Shown: positions 26,261 to 38,818 of the stretch, one piece after another | Layout: each line of letters opens with the position of its first letter | Position numbering within the stretch: the first letter of the stretch is position 1 | Assembly: GCA_048013815.1 (NCBI GenBank) | Contig: CM106586.1 | Span: 8,184,001-8,248,000 of the forward strand | Direction of reading: 5' to 3' | Source: Setoptus koraiensis | Lineage: Eukaryota > Animalia > Arthropoda | Length of the DNA: 64,000 nt | Notes under the pieces: model-generated | What the model saw: only the letters and a program-made list of their open reading frames with translations | Databases searched by the model: none | What the model was told of the DNA's origin: nothing | Translations under genes and position numbers: made by a program

Positions 26261-28171
26261 CGTTACGTTCTTTTGTCATCATTCAAATTTACTTAAAACT
26301 ATTCTTTCCAAATCAACAATCCTAATTGCATTAATCAGATCCAAGCCAAGAAAAGAATAGACGGCTCCTTACAGGACAGTTTTGGGTGTAACGACGAAGA
26401 CGGTGGGGCTATTCCACGACAGCGAAAGATTCAACAAATAAATCAAGCAGACAAATCTAAGCAACAATTGAAACTAATTTGATTGTGACAGCAAACTTTT
26501 TACAATTGCTTCACATCACCTGACGCTATCGATTTTGGCACTGAGGATTACGAATAAAAAAAACATTTTCATGCGAAGTATCATGTAAATGTTAATCTAA
26601 TATCAGCATATCTTAATTATCTCGCTTGCCTCGATGTTTGACTGATACGTCACTTTAAATAGATGAGTAGCGACGCGCGGAAACAACAACAAATAAATTT
26701 CATTCGGGCCTGTTTGGTGAAACTGTGACAATGAAATGACGATCACAGTTACTTTTCTTCTATGCCATTCTCTCTGCAACCTGGCAAATGAAAAGTTTTC
26801 TCATTTGTGAACACATTTTTGATACCATGCGAGAGAAAAGTCACCTTAGTGCGAAATTCTCACTAATCTATCCGATGAATCATGGATTTGATTGTTGGAA
26901 GAAAAAATACAGGCCCAAAGTGTTTGTATTTTCATTATTATTATTTTGTGTGTTGTGTGTGGGTACAGGCTACAATAAGCGTTAGAATTTCTGTAGAAGG
27001 TCGGCAGATTTGTGAGGTGTAATCATTGGACACGGAAAGAAGCCGTCTGACGATTGGATAAATTGTTGGGTGGCAAAGATGGCCAGACCAATTGTTGCTA
27101 TTAAATTTTTTGTTTCCACTGGATTTGTTGTGGCTGCTTTATATGCTGCTGTTGATGAACTTGCTATTGCTAGTCTTAGTAGTGGCTTTTGGCGTTGCTA
27201 ATATATTGAGTCTGATGTAATAGACGGAGCCGCATCTGTTTCAGTTGTTGACTGTGCACGATTTAGATTCGAGGAGAAATCTTGCGATCAGTAACTGGAG
27301 GACACGAACGTCCTTTTGATTCGGATATCTCTTTGGTTGTTTCTTTTTCTGATAGTGAGGACCCTTTGCGTGCGCGCGAGCGCCGAAGAAGTACCCAGAT
27401 TTTTCTCATAGGCGTCAAGCATGTTCCTCACGGTATTCAAGCGCTCTGACCTCATCTACCAGAAAAAAGTCGCTCGAAACGAAAAGATCTGACATGGACA
27501 TTAATTGCAAATTAGAAAGGCGCACAGCATAGAGTGTCCCTATAAGTTTTGCTGGTGATTAAGTTCACGTGGATATCACAAATGATGCAAAATCGGCATG
27601 ACAGATTTGACATGCTACAAACACAGCATCGTCAACATATCAGCAGGAGCAAGATGACTACCGAGCAGCAAGCTCGATGGTCACAAGGAAAACCTCATTT
27701 ACGGGTACAAGAGATCCGAACAGACCAAAATCTTCCCTCTTGATTGAGCAGCGAAAGAAATAGTCAATCAAAACTTCAACTAGAGCCCAGTTTTTGGAAT
27801 AGTCGCGATTTTCTGAATTTTTTTTCATAAATTCATGCACGCCTCATACGTCATTTATCATTGGATATGCGCGTTTTGCAAGGAGTTTTCGATTTCTCAA
27901 TCAGTGCGCTCGCTACCATTAAAAATAGAGGCAAGATGCGCCGCCAAATATCTCGGAAATAGCGAAAAGTTGGTTGCCAGCAATTTAAAACTTCGGTCCG
28001 AATGACATTGTTTGTCATGATGGTCTGAGATCAGAATTATGGCGTCGCGGGAAAAGACGTTTGAGTTTTGATCAATGCTCGATATCTAGGTATTTCCATC
28101 ATAACGGCCCGAATGCGATGGAATTGGAGAAATGATTCACGATGCAATCAAGCATTTATTTGTTCCTCTGT

Positions 28172-28342
28172 TTCTACCGATTTTTTTACCTCCTCGTCCT
28201 TGAGATTGAGCACTTGACATGCATGGTTATAACAATTTAATTGTAGATAATAAAGGTACCCGAGAGGAGATGAGGGTCTGTTTGGGAGGCCAAAAAGACG
28301 TTTCCTTCTGTTGCGATGCGAGTTGCGTCAAGCTTATTCATT
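28172..28342 (-). pseudogene. Inverted, diverged copy of the lgl intron 1/exon 2 junction
   Basis: Reverse complement reads ...tttggcctcccaaacagac...catctcctctcgggtacctttattatc...taaccatgcatgtcaagtgc------tcaatctcaaggacgaggaggtaaaaaaatcggtagaa and aligns by eye to 19691-19870 (tttggcattccaaacaaac...catctgctgtcgggaacctttgttatc...taaccatgcaggtcaagtgcttgtgttcaatctcaaggacgaggaagtggagaaatctgtcga). Confidence 0.85.
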
Positions 28343-28503
28343 GGCGCCAACTGAGGTTCAAAAATTGGCATGCGCACTGGCTCGCTTGCGATGTAAATAA
28401 TGAATCAAGAACTCACGTGCTCCTCATGAAACAATGAATCTGTCATTAGAAACCCCATGATAACCGTCCGATAACCTACATCCTTTCAGATATCACTAAC
28501 ACC

Positions 28504-29886
28504 ATGGCAGCTGGTAATAGTTTGCTTAGGCTATTTAACTCGAGCCAACAATGGACTCAGATATATCGCGTTCTGTCAACAAGCAGCGCTAGAATGGTGC
28601 CCCTATTAAGCGAGAATTACAGAGCCCAGCACAAATGGTTGGCCAGATCTGAGACGGAACTACTGAGAAATGTGGAACCAAATAAATACTTTTCAGATTT
28701 ACTAACTAGACTCAATAATGGAGCCTCACTATTTGCCACCGATTTAGATATATTTGTTAATGTGGCGAGGCCCGGTGAGCACCTAGAGGAGTGCGTCTAT
28801 CTCGTCAGACAATTCAGAAGAAGCTCCAAAGCTAACACAATATTACCCTCCACTCACCATGCGGTATGCAGATTGTTTCTAGACAGCGATCGGTTGGCTG
28901 CACTTGTTTCCATGTTAGAAGCTAGAGTGACCTATGGACTGTTTCCAGATCTTTACGCCATCAATTTAATACTTAATGCCGCAATAGACAAACAGTTGTA
29001 CCCCTTGGCAGCCAGGGTAGTGTCGACAGTTATGTTACAAGAGGAGTTTGGTCTGAATGCAATCACTGATCAACTTGCTTTTTATTCACTCATAAAGTAT
29101 ATTGCCATGGACAAAGATTTCAACAATTGGTCAAATATCGGTGATTCAGTAGGATTGGATAAAATTTTGGGTGGTATAGCTGACCAGAGCAGCTCAGCAA
29201 CACAGAAAAAAATTGATGATCAAAGAGAGCAAGAGAGCAAGAAAGAGGAGGAAAATGACGACGAAGAGGAAGAAGAATATGAATATGTGAGAGTTCCTTT
29301 CCTCAGGAATGAGTTTTTCGACGATCATTTCGACCTAAAGGAACCTAGACAACTTTTTGGTAAATCGTTAGCTATCTTGGGTAGACATATTAAAAATGAT
29401 GTTTGCGGCAAGAATGCTCAATTACTAGGTAACATTATTTATGGTTCTCTGGACAAGGCTTGTAGTGTGCTGGAAAATATGAATGCAGAATCTATACAAC
29501 TTGCAGCGGACACTCTAGATAGATGTAAATATTATCTTGATAATTCAAGTTCACCCTCTGAGTCTTTAAAAAATCAGTTTGTTGCCATGATGGGCAAAGT
29601 AAAGAAGACTCAGATAAGCGAACGAAGCCTGGACAATTTTGCAGATGACATGGCAGCTAGTATCAAGGCGAGCGAGAAGTACGATACAGAGCAACTAGTC
29701 AATACGATGGAAGAATGGAACAAGGAGCGATCGCTCCATATCAAGAGTCAGATGGACCATATCCTCAAGTTGAAGAGAATCGAGGAGATAAAACAAAAGA
29801 AGAAGGAGTTAGAGGATAAGGAAAAATATCTTTATTTCTATGATAATTTAAAGAAGAAAAAAGTAGACAGGATTCGTTACGAATAA
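28504..29886 (+). CDS. MRPS27: Mitochondrial ribosomal protein S27 (mS27, PPR-like), intronless
   Basis: 460 aa ORF with an N-terminal presequence-like segment; LLSENY..HKW, YGLFPDLYAINLIL, VMLQEEF and a C-terminal charged coiled coil match the MRPS27 family. Confidence 0.88.
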   Translation: MAAGNSLLRLFNSSQQWTQIYRVLSTSSARMVPLLSENYRAQHKWLARSETELLRNVEPNKYFSDLLTRLNNGASLFATDLDIFVNVARPGEHLEECVYLVRQFRRSSKANTILPSTHHAVCRLFLDSDRLAALVSMLEARVTYGLFPDLYAINLILNAAIDKQLYPLAARVVSTVMLQEEFGLNAITDQLAFYSLIKYIAMDKDFNNWSNIGDSVGLDKILGGIADQSSSATQKKIDDQREQESKKEEENDDEEEEEYEYVRVPFLRNEFFDDHFDLKEPRQLFGKSLAILGRHIKNDVCGKNAQLLGNIIYGSLDKACSVLENMNAESIQLAADTLDRCKYYLDNSSSPSESLKNQFVAMMGKVKKTQISERSLDNFADDMAASIKASEKYDTEQLVNTMEEWNKERSLHIKSQMDHILKLKRIEEIKQKKKELEDKEKYLYFYDNLKKKKVDRIRYE

Positions 29887-30073
29887 TTTAGACAGTGTGT
29901 TTTCCTAATTTGTACATAGCCTAGAGTGTGACTTGAATATAGATCTTTCCCAGATAAGTATTTACATAATAAATTACGCAAGTTATTGTTTGATTCCCAT
30001 CCTCGGGAATTACACACGGCTTTGAGCTAAACGTCCATTCTTTAGAATCAAAAGTTTAAATCATATTTATATA

Positions 30074-31405
30074 TCATAGTTTGTCGACTGAAGCTTCAGG
30101 ATGTAAATGACCGAGGAATTTAGTGATATTCAGAGTCCGTACAATTCTAGCTTTCGTATCTCGCATATTGTTGTTACCATTTGGCACAATCTGTATGCTT
30201 ATTCCTCCGGGCGATGTGGTATTGGTTAAACTGTCAGACGCTTGTTGTAATTTGCCCGGAGTACGAACACCGCCTGATTGGTCGCTGTTTTTGACTGGTG
30301 TTTTGAATTGATTGCTTAAATTCTTAGCAACGTTTTGTGGGTTGATTTGAGTGACAGGTTCACGATCTACCCTAGGGGTGGACAAAGATTCGCATTCGCT
30401 GCTGTTGCTAGAGAAATCAGATATGTTTTTGAAGGAATAGAAGTCGTTGTTTTTGAATGGGGAATTATATACTAAACTAGCGCCTGGGTTGTACAAAGCG
30501 TCGCTAAGATGTTGCAAAGTTGTGTCATTCTCATCATGGTCGGCATAGAGAAATTCATCATCCGGTCTATCGCTCATTGGATCTTGTTCGGAAGCGGCAG
30601 GAGTATGCAAATAGGACTTCTGCATTTGTGTTTCATGCTGATGGACAGGGACTACATGATTGGACAATTGTTCAAACAATTGTTGCTGTTGGGCTTGTTG
30701 GACCTGTTGTACATGCTGCTGTTGGTGCACTTGCTGTTGTTGCGGGTTGGCTTGCTGAATTAGTTGCGGTTGTTGAGTTTGTTGGACTTGTTGAGCCTGC
30801 TGTGTTTGATGGGCTTGCTCGACTGGTGATTGTTGCTGTTGGTGAACTTTTTGGACCTGTTGTATCTGTTGGACTTGTTGTGGAACCTGCGGAAGCTGTT
30901 GTTGGAGTTGGTGGATCTGTTGGACCTGTTGTTGCTGGACTTGTTGTTGCTGTTGTTGAGCAACCAGTGTAGTACCAGTAATCCAGCCTCTATTAAAAAT
31001 CTGCTGTTGATCCGCAACCAACTGAAGAGTTGAACCAAGGTCTTGAGCAAAATTCTTACAGGTTGCGGTGTTGGTAGTTTCTATAATTGGCTGTGTTTGT
31101 CCTTCATTGGTAGTGGTGGTGGTGGTATTGTTGACATTGGGAGTTTGGGATAACTGTTGTTGTAATGCTGTTTGATCCGTTGTTCCGTTATAGCATCTGT
31201 TGATCATCATGAGCATCATGTTGTGCTGTTGCATAATCAATTGTTGATTCTGAACCAGTAGCATATTAAATATTTTATTATCATTATTGTTTCCACCACG
31301 ATTCCTAGATAGCGAACGACCAATGACTGTGGTTCTATTGCGGGATGCCTTGAGTTGTCGCAATTGTTTGTTTAGTTGTCTGCGTCTTCTAATAGTGTCA
31401 TACAT
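30074..31405 (-). CDS. Hypothetical Gln-rich protein (443 aa)
   Basis: ATG-initiated 1.3 kb ORF with a basic N-terminus, a QQ(V/A)QQ-type Gln-rich core and an S/P-rich C-terminus. No family recognised. Confidence 0.7.
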   Translation of the reverse strand: MYDTIRRRRQLNKQLRQLKASRNRTTVIGRSLSRNRGGNNNDNKIFNMLLVQNQQLIMQQHNMMLMMINRCYNGTTDQTALQQQLSQTPNVNNTTTTTTNEGQTQPIIETTNTATCKNFAQDLGSTLQLVADQQQIFNRGWITGTTLVAQQQQQQVQQQQVQQIHQLQQQLPQVPQQVQQIQQVQKVHQQQQSPVEQAHQTQQAQQVQQTQQPQLIQQANPQQQQVHQQQHVQQVQQAQQQQLFEQLSNHVVPVHQHETQMQKSYLHTPAASEQDPMSDRPDDEFLYADHDENDTTLQHLSDALYNPGASLVYNSPFKNNDFYSFKNISDFSSNSSECESLSTPRVDREPVTQINPQNVAKNLSNQFKTPVKNSDQSGGVRTPGKLQQASDSLTNTTSPGGISIQIVPNGNNNMRDTKARIVRTLNITKFLGHLHPEASVDKL

Positions 31406-32494
31406 TGCAACATGAGATTTATTTGGCGACTTGTTGTTGTATATAATGCTATATCATATAATGGATATATACTAAATAAATTAATGTGCTAGATAGAGAA
31501 ATAAGAATATAATGATAATATTGTAATGTGATAACGTTATCTATAATAAAGTTTCTAAATTGTGTGGTGAGGCGATGTCCTCCGGTGAGTTGTTGTTTCC
31601 AATCCGGCTATAGATTTAGTTTTTAGGCAGGTTGTGTATGTATAATGTTGATAATACAACAATATAATTAGTAGCAACTAGTGAAAGTGCTTGATTAGAT
31701 TAATTTCTTGAATTAAATCGATAGATATTAACAATAGTGCAGCATAAATGTAGTCTGTATATCTGGCGATAAAGTGATGGCTGTTGTGTTGAGGAATGAG
31801 AACTAACTGACTAAACAACAAAGGTGCTCTAAAGGCGCCACTTATAATGTATATAAAGGCAAGACATTACACACACACACACACGCTGATGAATCGAAGA
31901 GAAATGTAGACAGACGGACAAACAGACAGTAATAGTGAGTTATTTTTCATTGGATGCGCATCAACTATTCAAGCTTTGTGAATATGAACTCTGACTATGC
32001 ATGTGAATATTCTAATGTGGGGATTTCGCACCCCAATATGCGCTCAAGTTGGCCAAACTATAGAAATTGTATGTAGATACTATAAAGTGCGCATAGTGGC
32101 GAATTTTTCTGACTTGGGTCTCGAAGCCAGCGAGCATTGGAATTAGCGACACACAGACAGAGGGAAAAGAAACACACGTCTGAACAGGAGAACAAATACA
32201 GGATATAGCGCGTTTTAATGGCGGGCAAACTCAGTTGCAGCATTGTTCGTTATGCGCCAGAGTTCCGTTGTTTAGGCTATAGCTGTGTAGCGACAATCGC
32301 TCAACGCACACACACACACTCACTGACTCACAAGGCGGGGGGCGCACAGAAAAGTTCTTTATTACCGAACAACTTACTCACGCAAACAGCTGACTCGAAC
32401 AGTCATCGCTGGTGAACTTGAACACTATACCAAATACTCCATGCAAGGTTGTAGAACTCTAGCACACACACACGCACACACAGAAAACTGTGCC

Positions 32495-32532
<38 letters not shown>

Positions 32533-34508
32533 ATAAGAAACTGTGCTCATGTTTTGCGCGCTTCATCTACTTTGTTTACATTTTGTTCGACGAACAGCTG
32601 ATCAGACTCACAAACGCATTAGTGGCAAATCATGCTCGCCATACAAAATGGAGATTGTCGCTCTAATGATTATCATTGAATAATCATTAGTTAATTACCC
32701 ATATTATCGTGTCATCTTTATTTAATATGATGGATAGATAATCTAAACCAGTGGCAAACACTATGGACATTTCAGAATGACGTCATTCGTTTGGCCGAGA
32801 GAGAAAAAAGCACAACAGCGAGCAAGGTTTTCATCGGTAACCCAAAGTGATCGATCACTAAACTCTGGCCCTTATTCAACTTGATATGCTGGTTACATTT
32901 CTCTCTACTGCAATGCCCACCTAAATCAATCTAGTCTCATGACGATCACTCGTGTGATTGATACCCAATCCAATGGACAGAGAGACAGAAAATTACGATG
33001 AGGAGTGGGGTCGAGAAGAAATCAGTCAAATGGCTCAGTAATAGGAAATCAAGCTCTTACAGAGGGAGGGAAAGCAATTACGACTCATTATTCGGCCTCA
33101 CAGAGCTACACCAAATAAAGTTCGGCATACAGACGGTAGGTCATGCAGAAACTTCAACCCACTTTGGACTACGATTATGCGGTCGCAGTTGCTCAATTAT
33201 GCCTCTAATGCGTGCATGGCCTTACGGATGCTCCGTCAAATATTTTGTAAGAAGCGACTATTTTCCGTTGAACATCCCAATTTGAATCCAAGGTCGCTAG
33301 ATTTCATAATATTCTCTCTCTATATGTGTCATTGGCACGACCAGTTGTTAGCTTTGACATGTTTTTTGAGCTGACTGCGAAAAGGTCATAGTTTTTGTTT
33401 GCAAGTTTTCAATTATCTCATATCAATCTGCTATTGCCCATGTTCAAGCGAGCTGTCAGTCATAAGCAAGACGAACAATATAGTACAACAATAGCGTTCA
33501 TGCATACAGAATGGAAAATTTGCGTTTGTTACAGATTAATTTTCCGCTGCGATTGCGGGAAATTAATTAAAGAATACACATCAACGTCAATCTGTCAGTC
33601 GTGTCATACGACTACTCATGTATGTATGATACACACGTATACATTATCATCTGATCTCATGAATAAAATGCACAAGCGAAGATCTTCTGGTCGCAAGCTG
33701 GCTGGCTGGCTAACTTTATCACGATTGTCAGTCGATTAGAGTGAGCATTATTATTATTGTTATTAAAATATTATTATCTACACAGCGTACACAGCGAATG
33801 AGCATCGTGCTGTGACTGACGAATTGAGCTTACTCCACGTGACTCATATCAGTGTTTGTCGTTTACCAGGTGAGACAGGTGATACATGACGAGGTGATAG
33901 AAAGCGAGATAGATAAGTTTGCAGCAGCAGCAGCACACATTTTGCCAGCACAGGGGCGAACAGTTAGTTATGTGACAAACCGCTAGTTGGCGCACCTCGA
34001 GCTAATGATCTTGGGGCAAAAATGGGCAGGGCCCGAACATTGCTGGCTGTTTGTTCCATTTTTTCTAGAACTTTTGTAACTGTATATATGCTGCGCTTGT
34101 GTTCACTGTTATTGTTTGTATATCCGCATGTGTGCCAGAAAAGTATTGTAAAAAGTATGCTCTGTTTCTGGTTTTGCATCGGATTTGGCCTGTTTCTGCC
34201 GTGCATTAGAAATCTGCTATACACACAATACACAATCCGAATGCCAGAATAGACTGTGTGTAATGGAATCCGCGAAATATCCGCGACAAAGTCCGTTCGA
34301 TTTGAATTGATTCGAACGAGCGAGCAGAGAATGACGAAATATCAAGTTCGACGCCAGAGTTTGGCCAAGTGAGCGCTGCACCGAACTGGATTGGCTGGCG
34401 AACTTGGCCGAGAGATTCGAACAACGAATCGAACAAAGAGGCGAGAGGGGGCACAAAAAGGGATGACGATGACGATGGGGATGATGAAAAGGACAGACAG
34501 TATTGTTT

Positions 34509-34514
<6 letters not shown>

Positions 34515-34552
<38 letters not shown>

Positions 34553-34566
34553 GTATATATATATAT
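34515..34566. repeat. (TA)n microsatellite
   Basis: Seen directly, slightly imperfect at the 3' end. Confidence 0.9.
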
Positions 34567-35133
34567 ACGTGTAGCATAGTATGGTATAGCGTATGTGAAA
34601 GTTAATGCTCTTGTGAGCGAGCCTTCGAACGAGTGCCTTGTCTTGCCCTGCGTGTATCACATCATTACCATCATTGCAACCACCAGCACCACCACTACCA
34701 CCACCAGTTCACACAGCACTAAATATACTACCGCAGTAGTATAGCGTACATGCACGGTGGAAGGCACACCAACAACAACCAGCCAACAACAGCAACAACA
34801 GCAACAACAACATGAGAATCAAGTGCGTCTCTCATAATGCGCACTGAGACACACAGAGGGAGAGATTGCAATTTGCAACCTCGTGGTACTGCAACGCCCC
34901 CTGTAGCCAGCTTGACGAGCGACATTTTCAAGGGGGATTCGTGCTGCGTACAAGCCGTTCAAATGAAAGTGAACAAAATGTTTGCGAACAAATTACATGC
35001 TTTCCAGTTAAAGACGCATGTTTTGGTATATCAGTGCGGGCAGCGCCAGTCTTTCTTTCTCTGTTTACACTCACCACTCATCGTAAATGCAAGTGCTGCT
35101 GCTGCTGCTACAGCAGTAGAAACACACAGCAAC

Positions 35134-35167
<34 letters not shown>

Positions 35168-35819
35168 ACAACAACAACAAGCTTCTACACAACTACTGTT
35201 AGTGCTATCATCAGATATACTGCTACAGTATAACAGTATATTCTAATGAAACTACCCTCCTGGCTTGTTGCAGGCTACACTACAATTATACAACAACAAC
35301 AACTTTATAACTCCAACTACAACTTTAACTCAGATTCCAATTGCATCTACTACTACTACTACCACCACCACCACCACCAACACCACCAACATCATTGCTA
35401 TCACTAACGCACTGATATCAACACACAGTATATATGTTCAAATATATATATACATATAAATATATATTATTTATATATTTGTATTAAAATATATATACAA
35501 AACAGGCATATTAACAATATCTGGTGTATCCAGTTGTTCTTTCTTCAGCTATCACAAACCAAATTAAATAACAGCTATTAATTCACTGATAGATAACATT
35601 TATTGCATCATTAAATTCATCACCACCGTAGGAATAATATACACACACAAACGCTCTGTTGTTACAATTATAGCAGCTACAATTATTATTATTAACATCT
35701 CCATCATCACATAGAGATATATTATCACACTGATATTAGCTAACGTGTTGGGATATATGAATACTAACGATAATTATTAGCATAAACTAAACACTCAAAC
35801 AATACAACGTATTCATACA

Positions 35820-36365
35820 ATGTCGTCGCCAAGCGCTGGTAAGAGACGAATGGACACGGATGTTCTCAAATTGATAGAATCAAAACATGAGGTCACCATA
35901 TTGGGTGGCCTAAATGAATTTAGTGTCAAATTTCACGGACCAAAAAATACCCCATATGATGGAGGAGTTTGGAAAGTTAGAGTGGATCTACCAGAGAAAT
36001 ATCCTTTTAAATCACCATCAATAGGATTCTTGAATAAAATCTATCATCCAAATATAGATGAAGTCTCTGGGACTGTCTGCTTGGACGTTATTAATCAATC
36101 TTGGTCTGCCTTGTATGACCTGTCCAATATATTTGAGTCATTCTTGCCTCAGTTGTTAACCTATCCAAACCCGATTGATCCCTTAAATAGTGATGCAGCT
36201 TCAATGTATCTACATAAACCAGACGATTACAAAAGGAAAGTACAGGAGTACGTGAGCAAATATGCAACAGAGGAAGCCCTTAGAGAGCAAGACGAGGAAT
36301 CTTCCTCTACAGAGTCATCCATGTCTGATTTTAGCGATGATGAAGCTAAAGATGTTGAATTATAA
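35820..36365 (+). CDS. UBE2H: Ubiquitin-conjugating enzyme E2 H, intronless
   Basis: [25 protein letters not shown]..., HPNID, catalytic Cys in [10 protein letters not shown], acidic Ser-rich tail; near-canonical UBE2H sequence. Confidence 0.97.
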   Translation: MSSPSAGKRRMDTDVLKLIESKHEVTILGGLNEFSVKFHGPKNTPYDGGVWKVRVDLPEKYPFKSPSIGFLNKIYHPNIDEVSGTVCLDVINQSWSALYDLSNIFESFLPQLLTYPNPIDPLNSDAASMYLHKPDDYKRKVQEYVSKYATEEALREQDEESSSTESSMSDFSDDEAKDVEL

Positions 36366-37173
36366 CATAAACACACATATTTAGTTTGTACACTTAGATA
36401 CATATACACACACTTACAAATATATATAGATATATATACAACAACAACTATATCGACAAGATATATAACAGAATACACACATATATTATTATATATTACA
36501 TATTTATATGATATATTTATATATATCATATTATATTATAAATATTTAGTTTTTTTTTCATTTCTTCTTCAACTACTACCAAACATCAACTATCATAACT
36601 ATTCAACAATACTATTACCACACACTATTACATAGACTGTATATGATCGACATCATTATATTCATCATCAACAGGATCAACATCATTATCACACACCATC
36701 ATAATTGCAATCATTATTATCACAACTATTGATATATCACGACTATATATTCTATTATCATGATATTATTATAAACCAAATAAATTAAATATGATAAATT
36801 AGAAATGTGTGTAGTGACCTTGTTGTTTGTATCGACCGCGAAGATCTTGTCGGATCTTCCGTCTAGTTTTTAATAATTTTCTTTCTACTAGACACATATT
36901 TGCGTCTACATCTACATATACATCTACATATTTGCTACGTCTGACACTACAGTATTTTATAATTATTTACACATAAACGGCATATAGAGGGGATAGACGA
37001 AAAAAACAATATGATTCTATGGTAAGAGTGAATATTCATGATAATTGACGCCCGACAAACATGCCAGCCTTTCAAGCATGAGATTGGTTCATTTTTTCTC
37101 TCAATGAGTTGATAGAATGCGGTTTAGATACATATAAAAAGTTTAGCTCTAGAGGGTCACAAAGTCACTAGTA

Positions 37174-37315
37174 TCAGACTAGACTATCATCGTCATCATC
37201 ATCGTGTCCGTTATTGTCGTGATTGTTGGGAAAATTTCGATTTAAAAAGCTGATACCCTGAATGGTAGCACTAGGCGGGTTGAGTTTTCTGTGTTTGATG
37301 CGACGATTCTGGAAC
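37174..37315 (-). CDS. Not: Not homeobox gene, last exon (absent from the ORF track)
   Basis: Acceptor CATAG|G completes W, then FQNRRIKHRKLNPPSATIQGISFLNRNFPNNHDNNGHDDDDDDSLV*. Intron is 37316-38818. Confidence 0.9.
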
Positions 37316-38818
37316 CTATGATATTGGATATTTGAACAATGGATTATAGTGCAGTATATTGACAGAATGGAGAGGGAGAGAGAGAGAGAGGGGATTCAAC
37401 AAATGTAGCATGAAATGGTGATAGTTGGGTGCGATTTGAGTGAGCAGATTTGACCAGTTGAGACCAGTTGGCAGATTGGAGTTTAGAGTGAGCATATGTG
37501 AATTTGCCATTTGCCATCATATTTAAATAGGTAGGTAAAAGTAGTTAGAGTGTTGGTGGGTTGATTTGCGTAAATACGACAAACAACAGCAATAAAAAGA
37601 GTGTTTGTGTCAAGCATACGATGATCGATTGGCGAGCCGAGTAGGGTGTGGGTGGCGGTTGTTGTGAGACGTGGGTGCGTACGTGTAGTCAAGTTGAAAG
37701 AATATTTGAATTGTGAGTAGTAGTAACAATGTTAAACGGTATTAATTGGATTGTGTGTGTGTGTTGGTTCCAAAAGGAAGGAAGGAAGGAAGAAAGGCAT
37801 GGGCATTGTGTGTTGATAGATCGAAAGGATTGATAGATCGATTGATGCGGCAACCCCAAGGCAACGTTTGCGATTTGCACCCATGGCAATTATATTGAAA
37901 TGGATCAATTTAGATATTGACGTTTAGTTTGGTTGGCGTTGTCGAAGCAAACCGAACCATATTGTGTTTGTGTTGATCGGCCATTGGTTTCGACATTGAG
38001 AGCGAGTGAGGCGATGATTTGCGGCAATGGTAGCGATCGGCAACGGTTGTTCGAATGGTCGTCGTTGTCGTCGGAACCAGCAACAACGTTAATCGATTGT
38101 AATTAAACAGAGCGAGCGATTAGCGCGAATCAAATCGCCGACAATCAAATTGAAATTTGTCGCGCGCATAGATAGCGGTTGTTGTTGGCAGCGTTGTTGT
38201 CGTCGTCGTCGTCGTCGTCGTCGTTGTTGTTGGCGTGACAATCGGCGATCGTCGGCGGATTCAGATCATGGAGGAGCCAATCGTGACCACGATGACCAAT
38301 GTCAACACAAAAACGACGACCAGGCGCGTGTTATGAATCATGGCCAGGACAGTGGTCGGTGACGAAATCAATGTATCAGTGTTCAAGTGACGGGCATCAA
38401 AGATGGATATGGATATTGTTGTTGTAGCGTATCATTATTATCATTTGTTATTAGCAGTAGCAGTAACAGTGGTAATGTTTGGTGGCAGACAGAGACGAGG
38501 TAGAAAGATAAAGAGTTGGTGGTTAGTTTGATTGTGTTGTGTTATTGTTGGCGGTAGTGGACATGGACGGTGGACAATGGTGGCCGCCGCCACAGTCGCT
38601 CGTTTGGGTGGTCAGTGGGCACACAATAGAGAGTGACATTTTTGTTTGACCAACTGACACACAAAAGATGATTGTCAGTGTTTTTCATTATCATTTTCTA
38701 CATGACAATATACTAATAACACTTGCTAATATTAATCACAATTACAATGATTACAAGTTAACAAGTTTGTAGCCAATATAGCAGCCACAAGTACTATACT
38801 ATACAATGAGCTACTTAC

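Noticed and set aside
30123-31050. Plus-strand L/V-rich and minus-strand N/S-rich ORFs overlapping the Q-rich gene
   Set aside because: Shadow frames of CAA/CAG repeats.
38260-38342. 26-aa hydrophobic small ORF in the Not intron
   Set aside because: Too short to distinguish from chance in a GT-rich sequence.
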